Notes under the pieces: model-generated | Databases searched by the model: none | What the model was told of the DNA's origin: nothing | Seen by the model: only the letters and a program-made list of their open reading frames with translations | Shown here: positions 37,261 through 50,568 of the stretch, piece by piece | Layout of the letters: each line of letters starts with the position of its first letter | Position numbering within the stretch: the stretch's first letter is position 1 | NCBI GenBank assembly: GCA_030704615.1 | Contig: CM060734.1 | Span: forward strand, 41,726,001-41,790,000 | Source: Takakia lepidozioides | Lineage: Eukaryota; Plantae; Bryophyta | Length of the DNA stretch: 64,000 nt | Direction: 5' to 3' | Made by a program: the position numbers and the translations under genes

Positions 37261-38977
37261 ACCTTCTTCAATAGCTCACAGCGGGTAGATGGTCAACTGG
37301 AAACAGCAGCGACAACAGCACAATTCATAAAACAAGGCGCTGCTAATGAAGGTACATTCTTCAACATATTTCACCTTGTTTTCCCCTGCTATCAGAGTCG
37401 TCCCTAATTTTTAATGTTGAATTCTGCAAGTTAGCTCGTTGGTGGATCTATGGTAGTTTTGGAGTGATTTTGATATGTTACTGCCAATGTGGTCGACAGG
37501 AAAGTATCAATAAATAGATAACAGAGACTCGAGGAGAAGCTCTAGGATGAATACGTTCCCGACCTCAGTCAATGGTGGAATAATCGAGGCAAAAGGTGAA
37601 TGCCTGTTGGAAGCAGACGCAAGTCAGTATAGGAACTAGTGTGATAAGTAGGGTTGGGGTGTTTGCTCAAGCAATTCTAGGCTGTCATTGTCAGCTGCTA
37701 GCAGCAAGGCGAGGATGTATGCATGATTTTGTGCAGGGGCATGGATAGCTGAAGGAGCAGGGATAGATGTGTGGGTCCAGATTCATCCAAGAGGCCGGAT
37801 TTCAAGCTCCATATTACCTATGATTCCCTGTGGAAGGATAGGTACAAGAAACCTGCATGGGTAGATGGTCAACTGGAAGCCGCAGCAGCAGCGGCACAAT
37901 TGATTAAATCAGGCACTGTTAACCAATGCACCTTCTTCAACACATTTCACCCTGTTTTTCCCTCTTATCAAATCGGCCGTAAGTATTGCACTGTTTAACA
38001 GGGTCCTTGATTCTAGTAGCACCAGAACAAACTAGTATTACAACAATTCAGCCCATGTGTGGGCTTGCTTATTTTTTGCTTACTGGACCTTTTCAGGCAT
38101 GGATTTTTGGACCTTGTGGCCTTTGAGGTGTCCATTGGGACATTGGTCTCATTTGGATTTTTGTAATATAATTTACACGGCGTGTATTCCCCTGTACTTG
38201 TCTATTTTGAATGTCCTTGTGGTTGCTAGTATGCAAGAGGGGTCCATTCTGTTTTTATATCAGAATTTCACCATGTAATGAAGAATTTAAATCATTTAAT
38301 ATATTTTTATTTTGTATAACATTATTAAATTAAACAATAATACCATTTAAAATTTTCCAATCTGCTATCCCCTGTTTTCAAAACTAAAATATAAATTTAA
38401 GAATTTTAAATTTCAAATATAACTATTAAATTTTTTTTAGAGACATTCTTGATGACACGTGGCATAAACCCTGCCATATATGCTAGTCATATATTATGTC
38501 TAAGTGCCACATGTCACATCTGAAGTGCAACAGGTGTCGTGACGTGTCGCTTGCGCAGTGGTGCACGTGTTCCTCTAAAGCCTCTCTATGTAGGCAACGC
38601 TCATCAGACAATGTAGTCATATAGTTAGTCGTATGTAAGTCATAGAGTTGTAACTACATCACTCTCTTATGCATGACTCCAGGTGCCACGGACGCAGTCA
38701 TGGCTATGACTTGCAAAATGCAGTCATAAAGACTAGTCGCTATGACAGGGTTTTTTTCACTACCGAGTGATGTAGTCATGAACGCATATAGGACTGAAAA
38801 AATAGTCATATGTGCAGTCATAAAAACGCTCATCTGTTGTAGTGCTTGTAGGTACCACTATCAGGTTTGGGTCAATCTTGCCATCGACATTCGGAAGGTA
38901 ACATGGTGTGCAATTACGCACATGGTCCTTCTAAGTCATGCCATCCCGACCCTCTAAGATCAGGATGCCCGAAGGCA

Positions 38978-41056
38978 CACTAGAGGAAAAACACGGAATA
39001 ACCACTGACCCTTTAATCACTACTGTCTTTTTCCACTCTATAAACCACTAGTAACCACTTGCCACTGGTTAATCCCAATGAAATGCCACGGTGACATCAC
39101 AGACAGTGGTTGAAAGTGGTTTCAACCAGTGTTGGACTGGTATCAAGCTTTTTACATACCAGTCTGGTCCTAGTACCAGGCGTATCACATAACTTTCATA
39201 CCAGTCTGGTATGTATAATGATGGATGTATTTTTTTCCAGATACTGGTATGAGTATGAGTATCATGACCACAATACTAGCTGGTATGAGATATCAACTCT
39301 GGTATCACTCCAAAGCCATCTTGAGTTACAAATTTATCAAGTGGCAAGTATCAAGTGAAAACAAATAAAATATACATAAGAAGTAAATATACATAAGTAC
39401 AAATATATAGGCATATGTACACATAAATTAATTCAGTATACATACCAGAGTAAATGAGGAAGACGATGGGGGAGTACGGGTATTGTGGCTGGTATGAAAG
39501 AACTGATACCAGCCTAGTCTGATATCTGACCAAGTATTCTCCCAAATGATACTAGACTGGTCTGGTATCTAATACCAGTGCATACACCAGTATTATGTAC
39601 TAGTCATTCACCTATATACCAGTCCAACACTGGTTTCAACCACTCAATAATCCACGTGTAATAATTTGTTTTTATTTATTATTATTTATTTGGTAATATA
39701 TTTTAATTAATAAATATAATATTCCAAGTGGACAAATACAGGGGTATATTGTGAGTGGTTATAGACACCTCAGTGATGGGAAGTGGTTGAAACCACTTTC
39801 TCCTCCACGTGTAATAATTCAAATTTTATTTATGATTTATGATTTGGAAATATATTTTAATTAATAAATATAGTATTCCACGTGGACGGGGACAGTGCTT
39901 GAGTGGTTAAAGACACCTCATTGATTTGTACCACTTTGACAGTGGTGGAGAGTGGGTGGTGAAAGATACTGCACTAATTGGAACCACTATTTTAGTGGTT
40001 GTTTATGAGTGGTTGCCTACACAACAGTGATTGGTACCACTTTTTGGGTGATACATGAAAAATTTTATGTGGTTTGTGCAACTGTGACAGACTTTGAAAA
40101 ATAGACAAGTGGCCAGACCATTGTGGGATGATGTTTTTGAACAAATGGTTCCAACAATAAACTTTATTCTGAATCTGAAACATATTCGTCACTCTCTGAA
40201 TCACTTTGCGCGGTTGGTTGCACAAATGCCGCTTGAATGGTAGCCAACATAGCCAGGTCTTCTTTATTTAGAGCCGTGGCACCATCCAATGACCTAGGTA
40301 TTGGCTGATCTGATAAGGTAGACGTCGATTGGCACGCCACTCATCACCACATGCCTCTCTGTCTGCTGTGAACTGTGCCTTCTCTGTTGCATATTTTTTG
40401 TCACAAAATGGCAACAAGAATGACACATGTTAGCAATGAAGTATTGCATTACTTAGCAAAAAATACCTAGCATGAATGATACTTTGAAGACCACTGTTTC
40501 AAACCATTAGAAGAGTGAGCAGAATGACTTGTAAATGAACATGCTCTTCCAACAAGTTATTCACTCAGACATTCCGTTACTATAGCATTGGTTATAATCA
40601 GGATGAACCACATTTGTGACTTTGTGGGTGGTTTGATTACACTGGTGACAGTCAGAATTGAAATTGAACTTGATATGAATAAGGTGCAATGAAAAGACGT
40701 ACTCATTGCACCCAAGGAGCCATGACATTGGTATTGTTCAGCACATACAAAATTTGTGTTGCATCTCTTCTAGCTCTAGTCATGTCCCGCTTTTTGCCGA
40801 CACCTTCGAAGACCTCGTCTTCAACCCCTTCCTCCGCATTTGCATCCCAAGTCCGCCGTTGAGTTACATCAAATGATTGCATATACTTAGTCATGAACCC
40901 CATGGCCTCATCAAGAACATACCCTGCAGCCGTACTCCCTTCTGGCTTTGCGTAATTCCTAACGTATCCCTTAATATCTTTCATGTAATGCTCCATGGGA
41001 TACATCCACCGTGAAGACACCGGATGAACAGTTTTGTTTATATCGATGGAATACAT
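38978..41056 (-). mobile_element. Truncated CACTA element (CACTAG end, ACCACT/AGTGGT subterminal repeats, TNP2 DUF4218 fragment)
   Basis: CACTAGAGGAAAA at 38978; many ACCACT/AGTGGT motifs to ~40050; ORF 40703-41056 PVSSRWMYPMEHYMKDIKGYVRNYAKPEGS..GY..DEA. Other end not found. Confidence 0.82.
39127..39632. mobile_element. hAT-type MITE nested in the CACTA subterminal region
   Basis: 17-bp TIR CAGTGTTGGACTGGTAT / ATACCAGTCCAACACTG; 8-bp TSD GTTTCAAC at 39119-39126 and 39633-39640; internal ATACCAG/CTGGTAT repeats. Confidence 0.93.
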
Positions 41057-42214
41057 CTATGTGTGCTCACTTGTAACCACTAAAATGAAAAATAAAAAAA
41101 TAAAAAAAATCAAAATGCAAAAGATTTAAAAAAAGCACATCGGCTGGTAAGTGCAGAATGTGTCGCCCTGGTGGTTCAGGGTTCAAACCCGCTGCATAAT
41201 TCCATGTGTGGGATTGTTTGTGACGACGGTATGTCTGGGCGTTGATCCTCCTGTAGGTCTCATGGCCCATAAATGAAAGGGGGTTAATTTTTCCCCCTCC
41301 TCAAGGGCCTGAGGTTTCCTTTAAAATTTATTTACAAAAAAAAAACAAAAAGTTGCTTATAGGGTTTGTAAAAAGGTTAAAAAACTTAAAAAGTTGCCCA
41401 TCACGTATATACAATATATACATACTTTTGGGGGGAAATTTCAAATGTGTGCATGTACCGTACTGGTAAGGGCTCTTCCTGCGTGTCGCGGGTTTAAACT
41501 CCTCGCGTTGTTTTTTTTCCCTCATGCACTAAGCCCTACTAAGCCCCACTAAGCCCTATCGTTGCTGTGCACACTAAGTCCTCGTGCAGGTTGTTCTTAG
41601 CAGGTCGCGTTTCAATCTATGCTCGCTCAGCTGCACCGTGATGGTTCTCATGGACAATCCGACATTACCTGACTACAAACACAAGCAGCACACACAAGAG
41701 GTCCGTTTGGGTTCATGGTTTGTTAAATCCTCCATGGGTCATGACACAAGGTCGACGACAATGTGGTGAGGGCACCTTCTTCTTCGACCTATTTCAGCCT
41801 GTTTTGCCCTCTCATCAGACTCGGCCCTGAATTTGCAGCACGGAGCAGAGCTCGCATGAGTTTTTTACAGATCCTTCACGATGGTGGGACAATCACAATC
41901 GCAAGGTGTGGCTTTTTCTTAATGTAGGATGTGAAGAAGTTTGTCCGTCCTGCAAATGTGGGCTTTTGGCTCCTGTTAGTACCATGATTTGGTCTTCTCC
42001 CTGATGTTTACAAGGTTCTTGGGAGAGTCAGCTTGGTCTTAGCAGGTCGTGTTTCAATCTCTGCTCGCTTAGTTGCACCATGGTGGTTCTCATGGACCAA
42101 TGCGATGTTTTTTTTTTTTCCCCTCAAGCACTAAGCCCCACTAAGCCTTATCGCTGCTGCGTACTTAAGTCCTCGCTGATGTTTACAAGGTTCTTGGGAG
42201 AGTCAGCTTGGTCC

Positions 42215-44660
42215 AGGGTATGCACGGCAGGGATGTGGGATGGAGGCTTTGGAGACCTATGAGCAAATGATGGGGGAAGCACATCGTGTTTGTGTGCATT
42301 TGCAATGCTTGTGCAAGCCTGGCAGCCCTGGAGAAGGGCAAGAGGTGCATGGGGATATCATCAAAGCTGGAATTGTGCCAAATGTCAATCTGAACACTGC
42401 CCTGGCAGCTTTGGAAAAGGGGAAAGAGGTCCATGGCGTCATCTTCAGAGCTGGAATTGTATCAGATGTCATTCTGAACAATACCCTGGTGAACATGTTT
42501 GCAAAATGTGGGTGCAGTAGGATGCAAAGGGAGTGTTTGACACTATGGCTGAACGAGATGTAGTGTCGTGGAGTGCGATGCTTGTAGGGTATGCACGGCA
42601 GGGACGTGGGATGGAGGCTTTGGAGAGCTATGAGCAGATGATGGGGGAAGCACATCATGTTTGTATGCATTTGCAATGTGCGTGCAAGCCTGGCAGCCCT
42701 GGAGAAGGGCAAGAGGTGCATAGGGATATCATCAAAGCTGGAATTGTGCCAAATGTCAATCTGAACACTGCCCTGGCAGCTTTGGAAAAGGGGAAAGAGG
42801 TCCATGGCGACATCTTCAGAGTTGGAATTGTACCAGATGTCATTCTGAACAAAACCCTGGTGAACGGTGTTTGCAAAATGTGGTGCATCTAGGATGCAAA
42901 GGGAGTGTTCGACACTATGGCTGAACGAGATGTGGTGTCATGGAGTGTGATGCTTGCATGGTATGCACGGCAGGGATGTGGGATGGAGGCTTTGGAGAGC
43001 TAAGAGCAAATGATGGGGGAAGGGGGGGCACCTTCTTCAATAGCACAATGGCTACAAGTGGGTAGATGGTCAACTGGAAACAGCAATGGCAACAATGCAA
43101 TTGATAGAACAAGGCCCACTGCTAATGAAGGTACCTTCTTCAACATATTTCACCCTGAATTCCCCTGCTATCAGAGTCGTCCCTAAGTATCCAAAAATAG
43201 GTAACAGACATGAGAAGAAGCTGTGGGATGAATACTTTTCTGACCCCCAGTAACTGGTGGGACAACCGAGGCAAAAAGGTGAATGCCTGTCAGATTACAG
43301 AGTGTAGCAGATGCAATTGACCATAGGAACTAGTGTGATAAGTTCAGTTGGGTGCAATTGCACTCCCTTTCCTCTCTGCTTCTGTTTACTATTCAAAGGT
43401 AGGATTCCTGCCCTTAGTTTAAACTTCAGTCTGGTGCCGAGAGTGGGTAGACCCTTGACGTCATCCATGATGTCCTCCCCCATGTCACAGACTGGAAACA
43501 AGTCTAGGGAAGTTTTCTGCCTAACTTCATTTTCATCAGACAATTTTCTGGAAACGGACATGGCTTTGGACACTACAACCTCTAAGTCAGTAGAATTGGG
43601 GCATTTGCTGGAACAACTCTAAAAGGAGAATGTTTGTCAGATTACCACATGTCATTCTGAACACTGCCCCTGCCCTGGTGGACATGTATGCCAAATGTGG
43701 GTGCATCGAGGATGCCAAGGGAGTGTTCAACACTATGGCTGAACGAGATGTGGTGTCGTGGAGTGCGATGCTTGCGGGGTATGCACAGCAGGGGTGCAAG
43801 ATGGAGGCTCCAACCTATGAGCAAATGATGGGGGAAGGGGTGAAGCCCGCCGACATAAGGTTTGTGTGTGTTTGTAGTGTGTCTGGCCCTGGAAAAGGGC
43901 AAAGAGATCCCTGGTGACATGATCAAATCTGCAATTGTTCCAGATGTCATCCTGAACACTGCTCTGGTGGCCATGTATGCCAAATATGGTAGCATTGAGG
44001 ATGCCAAGGGAGTGATCAACACTATGGCTGAATGAGATGTGGTGTTGTGGAATGTGATGCTTGCAGGGTGTGCAGAGCAGGGCGGTGGATGGGGCTTTGG
44101 AGACCTGAAAGCAAATGATGGGGGAAGGGGTGAAGTTCGACCACATCATGTTTGTGTGCGTTTGCAGTGCGTGTGCAAGCCTGGCAGCCTTGGAAAAGGG
44201 CATCGGAGGTGCATGGTTGCATCACCAAAGCTGGAAATGTACCACATGGATCAATAACTACAAGAAACCTGCATGGGTAGATGATCAATTAGAAGCCGCA
44301 GGAGCAGCAGCACAATGATAAACTCAGGCACTGGTAATGAAGGCACCTTCTTCAACACACTTCACCCTGTTTTTCCCTCTTATCAGAATCAGCCCTAAAT
44401 TTTCATGTTGAATTCTGCAAGTTGGCTGGTTGAGTGAGCCTTTGATAGTTTGGATCGTCTTTGACATGGTACTGCCAATGTGACAACAGGGAAGTATCCA
44501 TAAACAGGTAACAGCTGAGACAAGGAGAAGCTGTGGAATGAATACTTTTCTGGCCCCAGTCAATGGTGGGACAACCGAGGCAAAAAGGTGAATGCCTGTC
44601 AGATTACTAGATGTCATTCCGAACACTGTCTCTACCCTAGTGGACATGTAGGCCAAATGT
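42215..44660 (+). pseudogene. Tandem array of degenerate PLS PPR fragments and PPR-leader segments (relative of the Pack-CACTA cargo)
   Basis: Repeated AERDVVSWSAML.GYA..G...EAL..YEQMMGE and NT.LV.M.AKCG units, including a ~370 bp near-tandem duplication (42215-42585 vs 42586-42955); leader blocks recur at ~43060-43350 and ~44250-44620. Confidence 0.85.
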
Positions 44661-46497
44661 GCACAGAGGGCAATTTGGTGAGGGGTATACGGTTGGCCAA
44701 AAGGTGTGCTTGCGTTGGTGGCCCATGTACTGGGCGTATCGGAATTTAAGGGTTTGTCATATTTGTGCGTCTGATGCAGCTTTGGTGTGCCAAAAGTGGT
44801 TGGAGAGTTTGTGGTGGAGTACATCGGAGAGGGTCCATTTTTGGATATGCAATTTGGTATGGCTGAGAGAGGTAGAGGCCTGTTTATTGGCTTCTTTAGT
44901 CAGGGAAGTCAGAAGATTTCGGATGGGTCTGGACTTTGGGGGGCCAGGGATTGGGTGTATTAGCCAGAAGGGGTGAGTATGAGCGATGTGTATGGGGTCA
45001 TTTGAGGGTTCAACTGGAGGTTGGGAGGCACCCAGTTGGGCGAGTAGGTTAGCCTCCTCGTTGCCGTGGATACCTGTGTATGAACGAACTTTGAGAAAAT
45101 GAAGAGGCTGATTGATGGAGATGGCTAGGTTGATAATGGCGGTGATAAGGTTTCGGTCGGGGTGGTGGAGGTGGGAGGAGGGATAAGCCAAGCGGTTGCG
45201 AAGAATAAAGAGAGAATTTAGGCTAGAGGTAGTATGGGGGGTGGGAACGAGGTTAGTTGTGACAGAGCTTCAAAAATGGCCATAAATTCGGCGCGGAGTA
45301 TGGTCGCAGGGCCTGGGAGGCGATGAGCGGTTCCTTTGTTAGTAGCGGCATGGTAGGCGCCATATCCGGCGCGGGAACCAGATTGGGAGCCGTCTGTGTA
45401 ATGGGAATGGAGGGGAAGGTTTTTAGGGGAAATGGGCCCAAGGTGAACCGGGGGGGCATTGTGGGAGATAGTATGAGTGGGGTTGGGGCGGGGGGGGGGG
45501 GGGGCGCTAAGGTGCATGCTTTTAGCTTAGTGGGTGGTCTGGCGGTAGGGTTGCATGTTGGAGGATGTGAGTATGGGGTGAGTAACATGCTATGGGTATC
45601 GGAAAGTAGACGAGTGAGATGCACGGGGAAATCGGTGGGTACGGGGGGGCATGAGATAGCTTGGACAAGGAGAATTAGGGTCAGAGTAGTTTCTTTGTGG
45701 CGGAGGTATTTTGGGAATGGTGGGTTGTCTGTGTAGTGAAGATGGTTGGGTTCAATAGCGGCTAATGGTATCACTTCTGGGGGAAGTTGTAGAAGGGTGT
45801 GTTGGTGGTCAGGTGAGTTTTGTTGTGTAAGAATGAGAGTAGTGGAGGCGAATGAAGAGGAGTGGGCGGCGAGGCGTGCCCATAGAAGAGCTTCATGCGT
45901 GAGGGGCCCGGGAGGTGGGTGCGCAAGGCCATCTCCTGACCAAGAGTGTCGAGTAGCGGGGCCGAAGGCTCCGATTACACAGTCTCAGGGCTGCGGGCTG
46001 GCGTAAGAAGAAAGCTCAAGGGGGCATGTAAGTGGGCTGGAGTAGTAGGAGTGGGTAAGCTGGAATGTAGAGATAAGGAATTTGAGGATGTCAGAGGATA
46101 TAGTGCTATGGGTATATGCTTGAGCTAGTTTGTCGGGGGTGTGGGGTTTTTTGGTGGGGGTATTGCGTAAATATCGGTCAACAAGCCAGCAGACCTCAGT
46201 GGCGAAGTCTTGTTTTGGGGGCTGTAGGGAGGTGGCGTTAGTTGAGGAGGCGTTATATCTGTCCCAAAGCCAGGCAAGCCTGACATTTGAGATGGAGCCG
46301 GTGAAGTGACCCTTAAGTGTGTAGATATGGAATGTCCAACGCCTAGGGCAGATAATGGGGGAGATTTGGTCAATATCTTTGTCGGGGTTGCATTCATAGA
46401 TATGTATATGTATATGTGGGGCGTTCAAGGGGGTACGGATGTATTGAACGTCTATTGGTTGGATTTGAGATACATGATGTTGGTGGGTGTATGTTAA
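44657..46497 (-). mobile_element. Internal fragment of a non-LTR retrotransposon: methyltransferase-like remnant + RNase H + start of CCHC finger (Dualen/RandI-like)
   Basis: IYECNPDKDI...; YYSSPLTCP..SYASPQP*DCVIGAFG...WSGDGLAHPP; RNase H YTDGS...TILRAEFMAI...KVRSYTGIHGNEEANLLA; LKFRYAQY...SPNCPLC, truncated at the junction with a PPR fragment. Confidence 0.75.
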
Positions 46498-46499
46498 GT

Positions 46500-47620
46500 A
46501 CTAATACACACTAAGTTGTAGCGAGTGCGAGTCTTCCGACATGTATGCTCACCATTTCTGCCTTCAACCCAAGCCCTAAACCCTCGTCGAAAACCCTAAG
46601 CAAAACCTTACGCCATTGTTACGTCTAAACTCTTACCATTCCCCTGTAAATGGGAATGAAGTATCCATACCATAACCATAACTATTATGGTTATTCAAAT
46701 CTCTTCGTCCTTCACGTTGCGCAAGGTTTTGCTTTTGATTTGGATTGACATGCAGTTACTTTTTTTTATCGAACTTTGCTTTCTATGTATCTTAATACCA
46801 GGTTCCAAGGACGAGTCTTTCATTTAAATACTTGTCCGATGCAATGACTACACTTCCATAATATTAGGTTCTTCATTTTTATTTTGCTCACTACCTTACC
46901 AACAACACTAAGTTGTAGCGAGTGCGAGTCTTCCGGTATGTATGTCACCATTTCTGCCTTCAACCCAAGCCCTAAACCCTTGTCGGGAACCCTAATTGTT
47001 ACGTCTAAACCCTTACCCTTCCCCTGTAAATGGGAATGAAGTATCCATACCATAACCATATGTATCTTAACACCAGGTTCCAAGGACGAATCCTCAATCT
47101 AAATACTTCTCTGGCCCAATGACGCTTCCATAATATTTGTTTCTCCATTTATTATTATTTTATTTTATCTTACTAACACACACCAAGCTCTAGCAAGTGT
47201 GAGTCTTCCATATTTGTTTGTCCAATAGTGTTCTTAAACCCAAACCGAAAACCCTACTTTTACCATCACCCCTAAACCATTAATCTTACAATAAACCAAT
47301 AACTTTAGTGTACTATCCTAGTTACACTCCAAACCTTATTGTACTACCATGTTACCTCTTCTCAATGTTTCATGCTCTTTTAATATTTTCTTTTGTTGGT
47401 TAAGGTGTGATAGAATGATTACAGGGATATCAAATTTCTCAACCATTTCTTAATTCTACCGAGTGTGAGTCCATCATATTTGTTTGTCCTTTTGTACCCT
47501 AAACCCTTACCCTTACTATAAACCCAAACCTTATTACACTTCTCTCTAGTTACACCCCAAACCTTATTGTACTACCTTGATACCTCTTCCGAATGTTTCA
47601 TGCTATTTTAATATTTTACT
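46500..47620 (+). repeat. Degenerate tandem repeat (~280-400 bp units) rich in CCCTAAAC
   Basis: ACACTAAGTTGTAGCGAGTGCGAGTCTTCC recurs at ~46507 and ~46904, with diverged copies at ~47180 and ~47455. Confidence 0.8.
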
Positions 47621-48717
47621 GCCCTTGTCACATCCAAAACATGATTCACTCCAATGGCGTGGTATGTGAACATTGTGCTTGATATGAAGATTCAATCAAT
47701 AAAATTACTAGCAAGTTGTATCGAATCTAGTAGAGTAGGAGTCTGGCCCATGTTCGATGCGACCCATTTGTTTATCGTGATCCTACAATGGAATATTATT
47801 TTATTCGACTTCCAAGTGGACGTTCAATGAATTGTTCAATAGTGCTACTTCACATTGAGCACTTCAATGTCAAATGAACCTCTTATATGACACATTTTGA
47901 AACAAGTATGACATCACCTGAAATTTCACAAAGTTTAATCACACATTACACCATGATATTATTAATATTTCAATTAATTTTAATGCAAATATATATTAAG
48001 TTTAGTCCGGATTTGAGCCAAAAGTCCAGAATTAATTAAAATAGTGTTGTTTCTTCATGATGGGCTTCTTGAACCTCATCATCATGGCAATTTGGGTGTC
48101 TCCGCATTGTTATTTTTTTCCCTAAATAATTCAAAAAAATGGCGCTAACTATGTCCATCAACCATCCATATTGAATCTTGCTTACACTTTCCTTCCTATT
48201 TTTTTGCACCCGGTCTCTTGCCCAAACCCTCTTCCGCCGGTTCCATTCCCTCCTTTTCTAAATCTTGAATTATCCTCTAATCCTCACAGCCCACACAAGC
48301 TTGGGGGGTTTATATATGGAAAACACTAGCATCCATAACATATAAGACTCCTTGCCTTTGTTTTTTCAAGATATGAATTGGATCCACCTGAGTGTTCAAG
48401 TCCATGTAAAATATTAAATATTCTAGCATACTTACATGCCGCATTGACGGCCATGGTCTTCATCTACCAATTTTTACTTAAAGTATGATCAAGCCAGTAG
48501 TATTGGTTTTTTGAGAGTATTAACTTAGTCTCGAAGTGAACCAGTAGTCGCAACATTCATACGGGCTACTGGAGAGTGGCAATACTTCTCTGAACCAATC
48601 AATTCGTCTTATTGTAGTCAAGGATGTATGTGCAATAGGAATCACACTTGGCCATAAGGCTATGGATGCTTAATCAGAGCAAAACTTACGGTTTGTTTAG
48701 AGTAGTTGGAATTTGTA

Positions 48718-50568
48718 CTATCTCCACCTAAGTGTGACAGCAGTGAGACCCGATACACACGAGATGAAGTCTTCATCTTCCTGCAATCTCTTGGAAACGT
48801 CGGGAGGCAATGTGAAGACCATTTCGATTGTGCCGTCGCTACGCTTTGGTCTCCAGTAAATCAAAGCACAGGGAGCCATCTCGTACATGAAAGGATAGTA
48901 AAACGCGGGGCCCCACCCGAAGTCAGAGTGTTCAAGACTTGGGAAACGAATCGAACCAGCTGTACTCACATCCGTCAAAGGTCGGGCATCCAGGAGGAAG
49001 ATCCATTCTTTTTTTCCTTTCTCCATCCTGGTCAAAAGAGACCTAATGTGTTCACTAGTCAAATCTGCAATTGACTTGTGCAGCAGGTTTGCAGCATATG
49101 AAATTCCATTTCCCAAAAGGTTTCTCACAGTGGTGACTGCCACCGCTTCGAGGATTGCATTTCCAAAATAATTCTGAGGAAGCTCTGGCCACCGTTTTCT
49201 GCAATCAACAGTATTGAAGTATCGAGTCTCCTCCATATCTCCAAGCAATCGAGCCCGGGTAATGGCCCTCCAGACATGCGCACTGATCACTACATAAGTA
49301 CTGAACGTAGACCCATCTGGTACCTCCTCCAATGCTTTAGCTTTGAGCTTCTTCTGCATTGGTAGATCAAAAAGAATGTGCAGAGTTGTTGCGTCCGGGG
49401 CTGCCACTGCATTAGGACCTGTTGAAGTGGGGACATAAGGATTACCCATCAATGGTAATTTCTCAAGAAAAGACTCCGAACTCAGGGTTTCGGGGTCTGA
49501 GTTGGCCACTGACTCTGATGCCAATTTGATTACATTCGCTCGTGAGCTCAAACTGGGAGGAAGGGAGATCGGTTCCCCACGAGCAGCCTCTGCCCACGAC
49601 TTCATAAATTGCCACACCGTTGCTCCATCTGCAATTGCATGGAAGTAGGCATAGCCGATTGCATAGCCGCCGCACTTGAGATGGGTGACCTGCATATTTC
49701 AAAGAGAGTGGATTTCACGCATAAACTCGAATTGGGTCACATCTGCATTGAAGATTGCTAAGCTAATTATACATACTATTAATTGCACACAATCATCACC
49801 TTGACATCTAAAATAAAAACTATGAAGTGATGCGGAGATGTGTACAGGAAGCTGACCTGGGCACCGAAGAGAGGGCCGCTACAAGTTCCCAAGTCCTGAA
49901 ATTTGAAGGGAATTGCTTGAGCAAAGCGTTGATAGGTGGAAGCCATGTGGTAATTCTTCAGCTCCCGCACAGAGATAGGAGCTGAAGCCTCAATAAACTC
50001 CACCCCTGCGTTGTTACAGTTGATGACTGCCTCCCCATCTTCCTCCTGTACAAGCCTTCCTGCACAAGATTAACCGCGGTCTCCCCTGCGTTGTTAACGA
50101 GCCTTTCCGAAGTCAATAGCGAAGCTGGTATGAGAGTCTACTAGTTAGTAAATCGTACAAACTGATTCTCTCCGCCTTGTCATCGCTGAGCTCAAGGTAG
50201 TATGTGGCCTGTTTTCCAGTGGTCCTTGCCATGAAATGTTAGGAGATGGTGCAGCTGAGACATCATTTCTTTGTCCAGGTACCTTCTTTGCAGCAGAAAA
50301 GGTTCCGAAGGTAAGGATCAGCAGTACCTGCAAATGGGTAGTACTCTGCCAAAGCTCTTGAGAGACTCTCCCTTAGTGTTTCATTGACCTGCTCCACAAT
50401 GAGCTGGTCTTCATGGGCCTTTGCGTCGAACAGGAAGAGACGTCTCATGGGAGGAAATTTTAGCATGCGGAGATCAAAGCCGGTAAGTGGCAACCGCTGG
50501 AACTCTTGGCTAGGACGAGGCGTTGGAGCCACCAAGGTTGTCGATAGGATAGTCACTTCCACTTCCAT
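48718..50568 (-). CDS. BAHD family acyltransferase (3 exons)
   Basis: Approximate exons 50568-50328, 50061-49856 and 49690-48718. LRESLSRALAEYYPFAG|RL; QVTHLKCGGYAIG; HAIADG (HXXXD); NYFGNA; DFGWG. Confidence 0.93.

Larger units (their letters stand above)
33566..38844. mobile_element. Non-autonomous CACTA element carrying host gene fragments (Pack-CACTA)
   Basis: Left end CACTACAAGAGATGAGCGTTTTTA, right end TAAAAACGCTCATCTGTTGTAGTG; 3-bp TSD CTT at 33563-33565 and 38845-38847; subterminal ATGACT/AGTCAT/GACTAC repeats; no transposase inside. Confidence 0.93.

Noticed and set aside
46560-47530. Interstitial telomere (CCCTAAA)
   Set aside because: Only isolated CCCTAAA motifs within larger repeat units; no tandem run.
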